The translations under genes were made by a program, and so were the position numbers. DNA of 64,000 bases from Eledone cirrhosa (lineage: Eukaryota). The notes under the pieces are model-generated. The model was given only the letters and a program-made list of their open reading frames with translations, was not told the origin of the DNA and searched no databases. Of the stretch, positions 54,008-64,000 are shown piece after piece. Position 1 is the stretch's first letter. Each line of letters begins with the position of its first letter. The stretch covers positions 4,030,001 through 4,094,000 of the forward strand of contig OZ024740.1 of assembly GCA_964016885.1 (NCBI GenBank). Reading direction: 5' to 3'.

Positions 54008-54451
54008 GCCTACCAATAGCGAGATACTTAGGTCGTAGAAATTGCTTATTTTTTTCTTTACATTTATTCGCTTTTTATCACTCTCAGTATTTTTTTAAAT
54101 ATAATTTTACCCAACATTGTTCTACTTACCGTTTCGACTTCCCCCCCCCCCCCCTCCTTAGTATCTTCTCTGACCTCACGCCCAGCTGTAGCCGGCACTA
54201 CCAACGCATGAATGGGTCTACTCCACCCCCTCCCCTTTTTCTCCTACTGGCAGGTTTAGCTACCCCTTCCCCCCCAAATCTGCCATCACAGAATTACTAC
54301 TAACTTGTGACCAATCCTTGTGACAATCACTTTGACCATATATGGAATTACCCCTTGAGAAGCTCGGCTATTTAAATACCAGGATAAATTTTCATTTAGT
54401 CCAGAATTAGCCGTCGAAACGGCTTGAGCTCAGCCGTCGGGTTCTTACTGG

Positions 54452-54454
<3 letters not shown>
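52596..54454 (+). repeat. Inverted pseudo-LTR (GIY-YIG part + 3' UTR)
   Basis: ORFs 52801, 52865 and 53557 mirror those in the left arm; junction microhomology GCTAC. Confidence 0.93.
54350..54443 (+). ncRNA. Type I hammerhead ribozyme, U3-A8 variant (second pseudo-LTR copy)
   Basis: Same fold as 49117-49210 with one stem I mismatch; predicted cut after C54438. Confidence 0.78.
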
Positions 54455-54495
<41 letters not shown>

Positions 54496-54496
54496 C

Positions 54497-54551
<55 letters not shown>

Positions 54552-54869
54552 GCACATGGCTTAGTGGTTAGAGCATTGGCCTTGCAATCGAAAGGTTGTG
54601 AGTTCAATTTTCAGACCGGGTGATGTGTTGTTTCCTTGAGCAAGACACTTTATTTCACATTGCTCCAGTTTACTCAGCTGTAGAAATGAGATGATAAGGA
54701 CTGGGGTCCCTATCATTCCACTGCAAAGTGGACATGTAGGCACCATGGAAAAAAAGCACCCAGCACTCACTGTAAATGAGGTTGGTGTTAGGAGAGGCAT
54801 CCAGCTGTAGAAATCAAGCCAGAATCAGTGCCAGTCCCACCCTTGCAAGCAGGGAAAAGCGTGCGTAAA

Positions 54870-54901
<32 letters not shown>
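54552..54901 (+). mobile_element. Full-length CORE-like tRNA SINE
   Basis: Homologous to 17069-17412; (GAT)n tail. Confidence 0.88.
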
Positions 54902-54935
<34 letters not shown>

Positions 54936-55672
54936 TAGCTGAGGTACCCAGCTTCGCCAGGGTTAACAAATGATAAGAGAAGACCGGCAGAAGAGAAAAC
55001 GTCTGTATTGAATGCATTGTCTTGTTTACAGTGTGTGTGTATATTTCTGTGTGTTTGTGTGTATATATATATATGTGTGTGTGAGTGTTTGTGTGTGTAT
55101 GTGTATATATATGTGTGTGTGTGTGTGCATGTGCGTGTTTAAACCACCGTTGGAATCGGAGACATAGGCCGCAGAGAATCCTTTATGGTTGATTCCCAAC
55201 CTGTTAGAAATAGCAGTCAGGTTGGTTAGCATACGTGGTATGTCTTTCTTCTTCTTTGGTGTTATAAAATTAGTATCAATAAACTTTCCTGGATACACTC
55301 TTATCCCAATCCTGTACATACTTTGCGATTGTCATTTTGGATTTTTCGCGTGATATGCAAAGGAACCAACCAACAAACATCTCTCTTTTATATCTCTTTT
55401 ATTTGTTCATTCAAAATATTTTTCAGCTAATTCTGTCGTACAATATACATCAGCAATCGTTATCTAATGTTTAAAACATGTGAATAGCTGCGATATATGC
55501 ATCATATCAATCAAAAACGATATGAGAATTGAATAAAGCGCCAGTAAGGTTGCTAAGAACCTGCAGATAGAAATGTTAAACATTTGGCTTGGGTAAACTT
55601 TAAGATGTTCTTTTGTAGGTTTCTTTTCTCAGCCAGTACGTTAAAGAAAATTGATAGTTACAACAATAAAGG

Positions 55673-55761
55673 TTGAACAGAGAACAAATTTTTTTAAAAA
55701 CTTGAACAGAGAACAAATTTTTTTAAAAACTTGAACAGAGAACAAATTTTTTTTAAAACTT
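55673..55761. repeat. 3 tandem copies of ~29-bp TTGAACAGAGAACAAATTTTTTTAAAAAC
   Basis: Direct repeats inside the Helitron. Confidence 0.85.
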
Positions 55762-56183
55762 TACAATAATTTATACAACCATAATGGAAATTCCAAGTAA
55801 CAGAAAATACATAAATTACATTGTTAGAGCCTCAGAGTATACAATATTTTTTGTTCGGCCCTCAAGAGCAAAGATGCAGAGATTGTTTGGCGAGCTCACC
55901 ATAGAGCATCCTACATACAATTGACCATGGTTTTCCCAGATGAAGGACAGCCAATTTTAGGGTTTGACCCAGATCTTTGTTGATGGTAATTGCGAAGCAT
56001 AATCTCTCTGTTTCTCTAGTAACATTTTTTCTTCTGGAAAATCTGATCTTGCGGCCAGGCTAGGACTTTTGGGGAGGCATATCGGCAGTAACAATGACAA
56101 TAAACCGTTTGTGCTTTCGTGAAATAAATACGTTTGTTTATATTTTGTTTTTGTGTATGCAAAAATATCTGTACACGAATATA

Positions 56184-56231
<48 letters not shown>

Positions 56232-56237
<6 letters not shown>

Positions 56238-56395
56238 TAACAGATTAATGTTTAAGCAAAGAATCACTACTTTCATCCTTAACGGGATCTTCTGAAACTA
56301 AAAAAATCAATATTTGAACACAGAAGTAAATATTTCGAAAAACGTTGCAACCCCAAAAAAACAGGAAGATGATACTTTGGTTCGTGAAGACGTTA
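56232..56395 (-). repeat. Second copy of the 16500-16672 family, nested in the Helitron next to (TA)n
   Basis: Reverse-complement similarity; hammerhead-like fold at 56250-56298. Confidence 0.75.
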
Positions 56396-56639
56396 GGAAT
56401 GTTGTATAACCGGAAGTGTTGACATTTGAAAATTTTAAAGAAATGAATATTTAATGAATATTTAAATAATGTCTTTAATCTTTTGACAAAATTCAGTTTT
56501 CTTACTTGGAAAAGTTACATCTATGGTGCAAATTTGGTGCCGCTTGGTCCAGCCGTTGGCGGAAAGTGTGTTACTTACATACGGCCGTTAGCTTTATAGT
56601 ATAGATATATAATATATATAATATATATAATATATACAT

Positions 56640-59245
56640 AGTTACTTGATGCCTTTGACAATAAGGAAGAGCAATTAGAGACGTGCAATATAGAGGAACA
56701 GTGGCAATTCTTGAAAGTGAGCCTGCTGAAAGCGACGGATGAAATCTGTGGCTGGAGCAGACCTATTGGCAGGAGGAGAATAACTTGGTGGTGGAACAGT
56801 AAGGTGGAAGAGACAATCAAGGCCAAAAAGCAGGCTTGGAAAGTATGGCAGGATGGGGGAAGTAGAGAACACTATCAAGTGGCCAGGAGAGAATCTAGGA
56901 GACAAGAAAAAGGGCAACAGAGGATAGGAAGTTCAAGCATGTTCTAAAACGTGAGGACCAAAAACGTGAGGTGTTCAAGATTGCTAGACAATGTGTCAAG
57001 GAAAACCATGATATTGTTGGGGAGAAGTATGTTCTTAATGATAATCTCGTAGTGACACTTCCAAGCTACCTTCTTATCAGTGTCAGCCCTCACTGATACT
57101 GATAAGAGGGTAGCTACGAGAGACTATTAAATGAGGAGAATAAATGGGAAAAAGACAGTCTGCTCCACATCGATCCAATAGAAGGACCAGTGGTGCAAGT
57201 TGAAGGTAGTATAATAAGTAAGGCAATCAAAGGTATGAAGACAGGCAAAGCAGCTGGGCCTTCGGAGATAGTTGCTGAGATGTTGAAGGCATCTGGAATG
57301 GTGGGACACACTATGGTCAGCCGGATAGTTAACCAAGTAATACAGAATGGGATCATACCAAATGACTGGCATCATCATTAACTGCTAGTAGGGTAAAAGG
57401 GATGTTCTAGATAGGGGAAACTACAGAGGCATTAAGCTAGTTGACCAGGTCATGAAGGTCACAGAAAGAGTTATAGCGAAACTAATCAGACAGCGAATTG
57501 ATCTAGATGAAATGCAGTTCGGGTTTGTGTCAGGTAAAAGTACCACAGACGCTCTTTTCCTTGTACAACTGCAGGAGAAGTACCTAGCTAAAAGTAAACC
57601 CCTCTATTTAGCTTTTGTAGACCTGGAGAAAGCCTTTGACTGAGTCCCCCGCGCCATTATCTAGTGGGCCCTTAGAAAACTAGGAGTCGATGAATGGCTT
57701 GTGAGAGCTATACAAACTATGTATAAAGAAACAGATAGTAAGGTTAGAATTAACAATGAATATTGTAAGAATTTAGTGTAAAAGTTGGTGTTCATTAGGG
57801 CTCCGTTCTTAGCCCCCTACTATTTATTATTGCCCTTCAGGCTATAATAGAAGAGTTCAAGACCGGCTGCCCATGGAAACTCCTATATGCAGATGATCTA
57901 ACTCTCATAGCTGAATCTATGGCTGAACTAGAGAAGAAATTCCAAACATGGAAGCATGGCCTAGAATCAAAAGGCCTTAAAGTTAACTTGTCTAAGACTA
58001 AAGTTCTAGTTTGTAGAAAGGAAAATAAGGCACAGGTGCCCTCTGGGAAATGGCCATGCTCAGTGTGTAGGAAAGTTGTAGGTAGAAATTCCATTTTATG
58101 TCCCAAATGCAAACTATGGGTACATAAAAGATGTAGTGGGATCACAGGAAACTATCTAAGAATGTAGATTTTATATGTGGCCGATGCTCAGGTGAAATAA
58201 GTAGCAAGTGCCCACAGGATACTAGCTCCTTCTATTGTCCAGATGGTTCTATAGAAATAGTGGACACTTTCCGTTACCTGGGTGACAAAATCAGCAGTGG
58301 TGGAGGGTGCTCTGAAAGTACAGTAGCCAGAGTCAGAACGGGATGGAAAAAGTTCAGAGAGCTTATACCGCTGTTGGCCACAAAAGGTTTCTCTCTAAAG
58401 ATGAAATACAGATTGTATGATGCCTGTAAATGAACAGAAATGCTACATGTCAGTGAGACATGGGCATTGTGTGCAGAGGACCTGCGCAGACTGGAAAGGA
58501 ACGAAGCTTGCATGCTCCGTTGGATGTGTAATAGTAATATACGTGAACAGCAAAGCATAAATGAACTGAGAAATTAGGAATAAGAGGGATCAGATGCTGT
58601 TTACTTGAGAGAAGACTACGTTGGTATGGTCACGTGATGCGCATGAAAGATGACAGCTGTATAAAAAAAGTGCAGGGTGATCAAAATTGATGGAAGTTAC
58701 GGATTAGGTAGACCCAGAAAAACCTGGGACGATTTGATAAATTCCGACCTTACACACTTGCACCTCTCTAAGACAATGTCACTGGACCGAGATCTTTGGC
58801 GCTACGTAGTAATACAGAAGACCCGCCTTGCCTAAGTACAAAGCGAAACCTACAGTCAGTAGGCACCTCTTAACCTCTTAAATATACACTCCCATCCCTC
58901 CCACTCCCACCAACACCACCCTCTCTCTATAAAGTAGGTACCACAACATCCAGTCCAAATAAATGAGATAATGAGATCAAGATCGTGTAGGTGTCACAAC
59001 AAAAAAAACACACAGTCCACGCTGTAATGTGGCCGTGTAGGTAACACGGTAAAATGTTCCCAGTCCACACTGTAAATGTGGTTGGTGTTAGGAAGGGCAT
59101 CGAGCCATAGAAAACCTGCCAGATAGTCCTATATGAGCGAAACACGGTCACCCGACCAACCTTGCCTCAAGTGGGACAACTTCCGTCTAACCCATGCTAG
59201 CGTAGAAGATAGACGATAAACGATGATGATGATGATGATGATGAT
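56640..59245 (+). mobile_element. Decayed RTE-A subfamily copy (5'-truncated)
   Basis: Fragmented RT ORFs with stops and frameshifts, 3' UTR and (GAT)n tail; small internal inversion at ~57048-57086. Confidence 0.92.
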
Positions 59246-59464
59246 ATAGTTATATTTGTGGATGGTAATGGGGAGTGGCAGTGTTATAATAAAATGCTCC
59301 CACTATCTGCTGTAAAGTGGTTGCCATAAGGGGGGGCATGAAGCCATAGAAACCATGCCAAAATTGGAGCATTTGAGCATGACATGTTTTACCTCAGTAC
59401 TTGACAGACCATTTAACCCATGGAACATAGAAAATAGGATAATGATGATTATATATGATATATA

Positions 59465-59657
59465 GGGCGGTGGATTGGCAGTATCAGTAGAGGGTCGGGT
59501 GCCATGCTTTGCAGCATAGAGTTACGTCCTTTACAGTCTCAGTTCAAATCCCACCGAGGTTAACTTTGCCTTTCATCCTTATGGAGGTCGATAAAATAAA
59601 GTACCAGTAAAACACTGGAATAATTGCTGGTCTTGTGCCAAATGTAGAAACAATTAT
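59465..59657 (+). mobile_element. Meta-like tRNA SINE, full length
   Basis: GGGCGGTGGATTGGCAGTATCAGTAGAG head, AGTTCAAATCC B box, GCCTTTCATCCTT...GGTCGATAAAATAAAGTACCAG body, TTGTGCC...AGAAACAATTAT tail. Confidence 0.87.
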
Positions 59658-59827
59658 ATATATCGATAGTTATAGCTCTGATTTATCTGAATTATTGAGC
59701 CCTCTGCCGCTCATTTCGAATTTTGTTTATCGTGAACTCGTGCGCCGATTTTTCGATACTCGATTATTCTACTATATATATATATATATATATAGTAGAT
59801 GAATAAAAGTGGATATGACAGCCATCT

Positions 59828-60128
59828 TGTCTGATGATTGTGTGTGATGATTGTGTCTGATGATTGTGTCTGATGATTGTGTCTGATGATTGTGTCTGAT
59901 GATTGTGTCTGACGATTGTGTCTGACGATTGTGTCTGATGATTGTGTCTGATGATTGTGTCTGATGATTGTGTCTGATGATTGTGTCTGATGATTGTGTC
60001 TGATGATTGTGTCTGATGATTGTGTCTGACGATTGTGTCTGACGATTGTGTCTGATGATTGTGTCTGATGATTGTGTCTGATGATTGTGTCTGATGATTG
60101 TGTCTGATGATTGTGTCTGATGATTGTG
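59828..60128. repeat. 12-bp minisatellite (TGTCTGATGATT)n, ~25 copies
   Basis: Direct tandem repeat with GACGA variants. Confidence 0.95.
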
Positions 60129-60244
60129 TGTGCAGGTGAAACTTCAGAGTAACAACATTCAGTGCTCAGCCATAATAAATGGATATAAAACCTACTCCAG
60201 TATTGAGAACTCCTTTCTCTCATCCATTCACTATATATGGCTAG

Positions 60245-60605
60245 ACATATACACATGTATACATACATACACATATGTACATACACACACACACATATAT
60301 ACATATATACATACATACACATACATATATATACATACATACATACATAAATATATTCATACATGCATATATACATGCACACACACACATACATAGATAC
60401 ATTGGTACATACATAGATACACACATACATACATGCTCATACATAGATACACACATATACATACATACATTCATACATACGTAGATACACACATATACAT
60501 ACATGCCCATACATAGATACACACATATACATACATACATTCATACATACATTCATACATACATAGATACACACATATATATACATGCCCATACATATAC
60601 ACATA
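60245..60605. repeat. Degenerate (CATA/CA)n microsatellite
   Basis: Low-complexity repeat. Confidence 0.9.
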
Positions 60606-61083
60606 CAGATAGAGAAAATAGGTTAGGTTAAATAGATATAGAATATATGATCAGGTAATATGAGAATGCTTTCTGTTGGTTCCAGCAGTTACTAATGAAT
60701 TAGATAATGAATAAGATAAGGATTAGAGAGAATTAATTCTGTTAGGGGAGCCCACCATCTGCACCCCACCCCACCCCCACCCATAATAATCATTTCGGCA
60801 ACTAACAACAATAGTACATATTTTCTATTTTATCTCAATATATTATACAAACATAACCTACAACCTCTGCTGGTTACTGAAATCCCCAAGTTCACTAAGA
60901 CATACATGCCTAACACAAACACTACATTAAAACACACATTCTATATTATCATCATCATCATCATCATCATCATTTAGTGTCATTTTACAATGATGGCATG
61001 GGTTATATGGGTTGTACACATCGGGAGATAAGTCTGGCTAGAGTTTGTCATTCTGTACCTGGATCCAACGGGGACTGTCAATT

Positions 61084-61148
<65 letters not shown>

Positions 61149-61217
61149 AAAAAGAAATGAAATCGAAAATGCAACTGGAGTCTTATTTTTTTTTTAAATA
61201 TATATATTTATTTGGTT

Positions 61218-61255
61218 CCTTTACCGGTTTCGCAGTTCTTCTGCTTTTCAAAAGG
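61218..61255 (-). ncRNA. Minimal type I hammerhead, U3-A8 variant
   Basis: Mirror copy of 61326-61363. Confidence 0.8.
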
Positions 61256-61325
61256 TGAGTTGAGATGGAGGGTCTGTGGTTTTTCTCACATCTGAGAAAA
61301 ACCACAGACCCTCCAACTCAACTCA

Positions 61326-61363
61326 CCTTTTGAAAAGCAGAAGAACTGCGAAACCGGTAAAGG
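61326..61363 (+). ncRNA. Minimal type I hammerhead, U3-A8 variant
   Basis: Stem I CCTT/AAGG; TTGAAAA; stem II GCAG-aagaa-CTGC; GAAA; palindromic stem III ACCGGT; GUA. Confidence 0.8.
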
Positions 61364-61800
61364 AACCAAATAAATATATATATTTAAAAAAAAAATAAGA
61401 CTCCAGTTGCATTTTCGATTTCATCTCTTTTTCTTTATACTTTCACTCGTGTAGGACACCTCGGTTATTTTTCATTTTGTAAAAAAAAACCTCACTTTCT
61501 AATATATATATATATATATCATAAAACATGTCTATAGAATCACAAGATAAAATATATACCATTTCCTCTCCCAATTGGCATAATTAACTATATAAAAAAT
61601 CGAATCGACCAGGCTATAAGAATGAGGCTTCTATGAAGAAATCTCCAATAAATAACAGAAACTAGCCCTTCGCGTCGGCCGCAACGGAATATTTATCGAA
61701 TATTTCGACAGCGTAATCGCCCAGATACAGTCAACCAAACAGAATTAGGTGTAAAATAATATATATTTTACACCTATATATATATATATTATATATATAT

Positions 61801-62576
<776 letters not shown>

Positions 62577-62582
<6 letters not shown>

Positions 62583-63937
62583 ATACTTTGGGAGGGTCAT
62601 GTTGCCAATAAGAAACACACGCACCAGTTGCTTTCACTTCAATTTATTATAATAAATTTATAAATTTAGGAATTTATAAATTTACATGTTACTGGTTGGT
62701 TGTTTGTTCTATGTGCGTATGTGTTTTCATTTTGTCCTTAATTGTAAGTTGTCATGTTGCTGTTCCATTCATGTTTTCTATTTTTTCTATTTAATTTTGG
62801 TTGGAGTTCATTTATGTTTATTGCCTCTGTGATTTGTCTAAACATTGCGTCTTTTCTGTGTGTAGATTCTGTTTTTATTTCTATGTTCTCTAATTTACCC
62901 TTATGTTCTATTTTAGCATGTTGGTAGAGTACAGATGATTCTTTACTATCTTGAAGGTCTCGCCAGTGTTCATTTATCCGTTCCCCTATACTACGAGCTG
63001 TCTCACCTATGTACACTATATTTTTATCTCTACATTGTCCTTCAGTACATCTTATGCTATATACTACATTTCTAGTTTTACAGTTAATATGGGGGCTTAA
63101 TTTACAGATTATACATTTCTTATCTATACAAAGACCTCCCTGTATTAACTGTAAAACTAGAAATGTAGTATATAGCATAAGATGTACTGAAGGACAATGT
63201 AGAGATAAAAATATAGTGTACATAGGTTTGACAGCTCATAGTATAGGGGAACGGATAAATGAACACTGGCGAGACCTTCAAGATAGTAAAGAATCATATG
63301 TACTCTACCAACATGCTAAAATAGAACATAAGGGTAAATTAGATAACATAGAAATAAAAATAGAATCTACACACAGAAAAGACGCAATGTTTAGACAAAT
63401 CACAGAGGCAATAAACATAAATGAACTCCAACCAAAATTGAATAGAACACATGAGTGGAACAGTAACATCACAACTTACAATTAAGGACAAAATGAAAAC
63501 ATATACGCACATAGAACAACCAACCAACCAGTAACATGTAAATAAACAAATAAATAAACGAATATAAACACACACAGACACCCGGATGTAACACATGCGC
63601 AAACTAAGCACACAGCACACAGAAAAACAAGATGGCGTAGGACAGAACAAAGGAGAGGCACAAAAACAAAGAAAAGAATCCCCAGTCACTGAAGAGGTCA
63701 CAGAATGTGTGACGAAAGAACTTTGACAATATATAAACAATCATCTGGTTGTGGAACCAACCAACCAACCGGAAATTTATAAATTCCTAAATTTATAAAT
63801 TTATTATAATAAATTGAAGTGAAAGTAACTGGTGCACGTGTTTCTTATTGGCAACATGACCCTCCCAAAGTATAACAATATCGGTTTCAACACACGTTTT
63901 CAGATAAAGAATCTTGCTAAACAAATTCAGAAACGAA
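62577..63937. mobile_element. Penelope-like element fragments (Neptune/Nematis-type GIY-YIG) in head-to-head inverted arrangement
   Basis: Minus arm 62577-63140 and plus arm 63143-63937; CIDKKCIIC linker, NVVY.IRC...C, YIGET.R, EH, QH, LN; the left arm lacks ~63540-63775; TA flanks. Confidence 0.85.
63685..63727 (+). ncRNA. Minimal type I hammerhead in PLE 3' UTR
   Basis: Stem I GTCA/TGAC; CTGAAGA(G); stem II GTCACA/TGTGAC; GAAA-GAACT-T. Confidence 0.68.
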
Positions 63938-63970
<33 letters not shown>

Positions 63971-64000
63971 TTTACATGTATATATATATACATATAGGGC

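Larger units (their letters stand above)
49024..54454 (-). mobile_element. Penelope-like retroelement (probably Hydra clade) with inverted 5' pseudo-LTR
   Basis: RT+GIY-YIG ORF on minus; 52596-54454 is an inverted near-identical copy of 49106-50961; (TA)n on both flanks; hammerhead near both outer ends. Confidence 0.92.
54935..56605 (-). mobile_element. Non-autonomous Helitron with Pif1-type helicase remnant
   Basis: Minus strand 5' A|TCTATACTATAAAG; 3' hairpin ACCCTGGCGAAGCTGGGT then CTAG|T; ~55815-56010 translates RLCFAITINKDLGQTL..HGQLYVGCS.V..GRTKNIVYSEAL; may be composite. Confidence 0.8.
61142..61439. repeat. Near-perfect 298-bp palindrome (4-nt loop at 61289-61292) with a hammerhead in each arm
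   Basis: Arms are reverse complements with only a couple of mismatches. Confidence 0.95.

Noticed and set aside
59711-60430. 239-aa ORF with HNHQTQSSDTII repeats; CTGATGA in each 12-bp unit as hammerhead or snoRNA box
   Set aside because: Simple tandem repeat with no GAAA or stems
61625-61675. ATGAAGA...GAAACTAGC hammerhead-like pattern
   Set aside because: Core mutated and stems I and II cannot be formed convincingly

Overview
Eukaryotic, AT-rich, almost entirely repeat-derived window with no recognisable host gene. The SINE families and dense (TA)n microsatellites suggest a mollusc, probably a cephalopod (inference). Contents: (i) at least eight copies of an RTE-clade LINE with a PHD-like C4HC3 finger inside the RT; one copy has a 1039-aa APE-RT ORF but reads YADN instead of YADD. 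(ii) A second RTE family, both copies 5'-inverted. (iii) A CR1-group fragment, a decayed mariner and a non-autonomous Helitron. (iv) CORE-like and Meta-like tRNA SINEs. (v) Three Penelope-like (GIY-YIG) elements, one nearly intact with a 1.86-kb inverted pseudo-LTR. (vi) Tandem arrays: 20 bp, 43 bp (about 308 copies, 13 kb), 45 bp derived from a SINE head, and 12 bp. The main hidden signal, found by hand-folding, is about a dozen type-I hammerhead-ribozyme folds on both strands. Several use a U3-A8 (UUGANAA) core, several have greatly expanded or branched stem II, and one lies in a 418-bp retrozyme-like unit. There is also an HDV-like ribozyme candidate at the 5' end of an internally deleted RTE. 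Fold-back (inverted) duplications recur throughout. Most short ORFs in the track are microsatellite or antisense artefacts. All RNA folds are manual predictions and untested.
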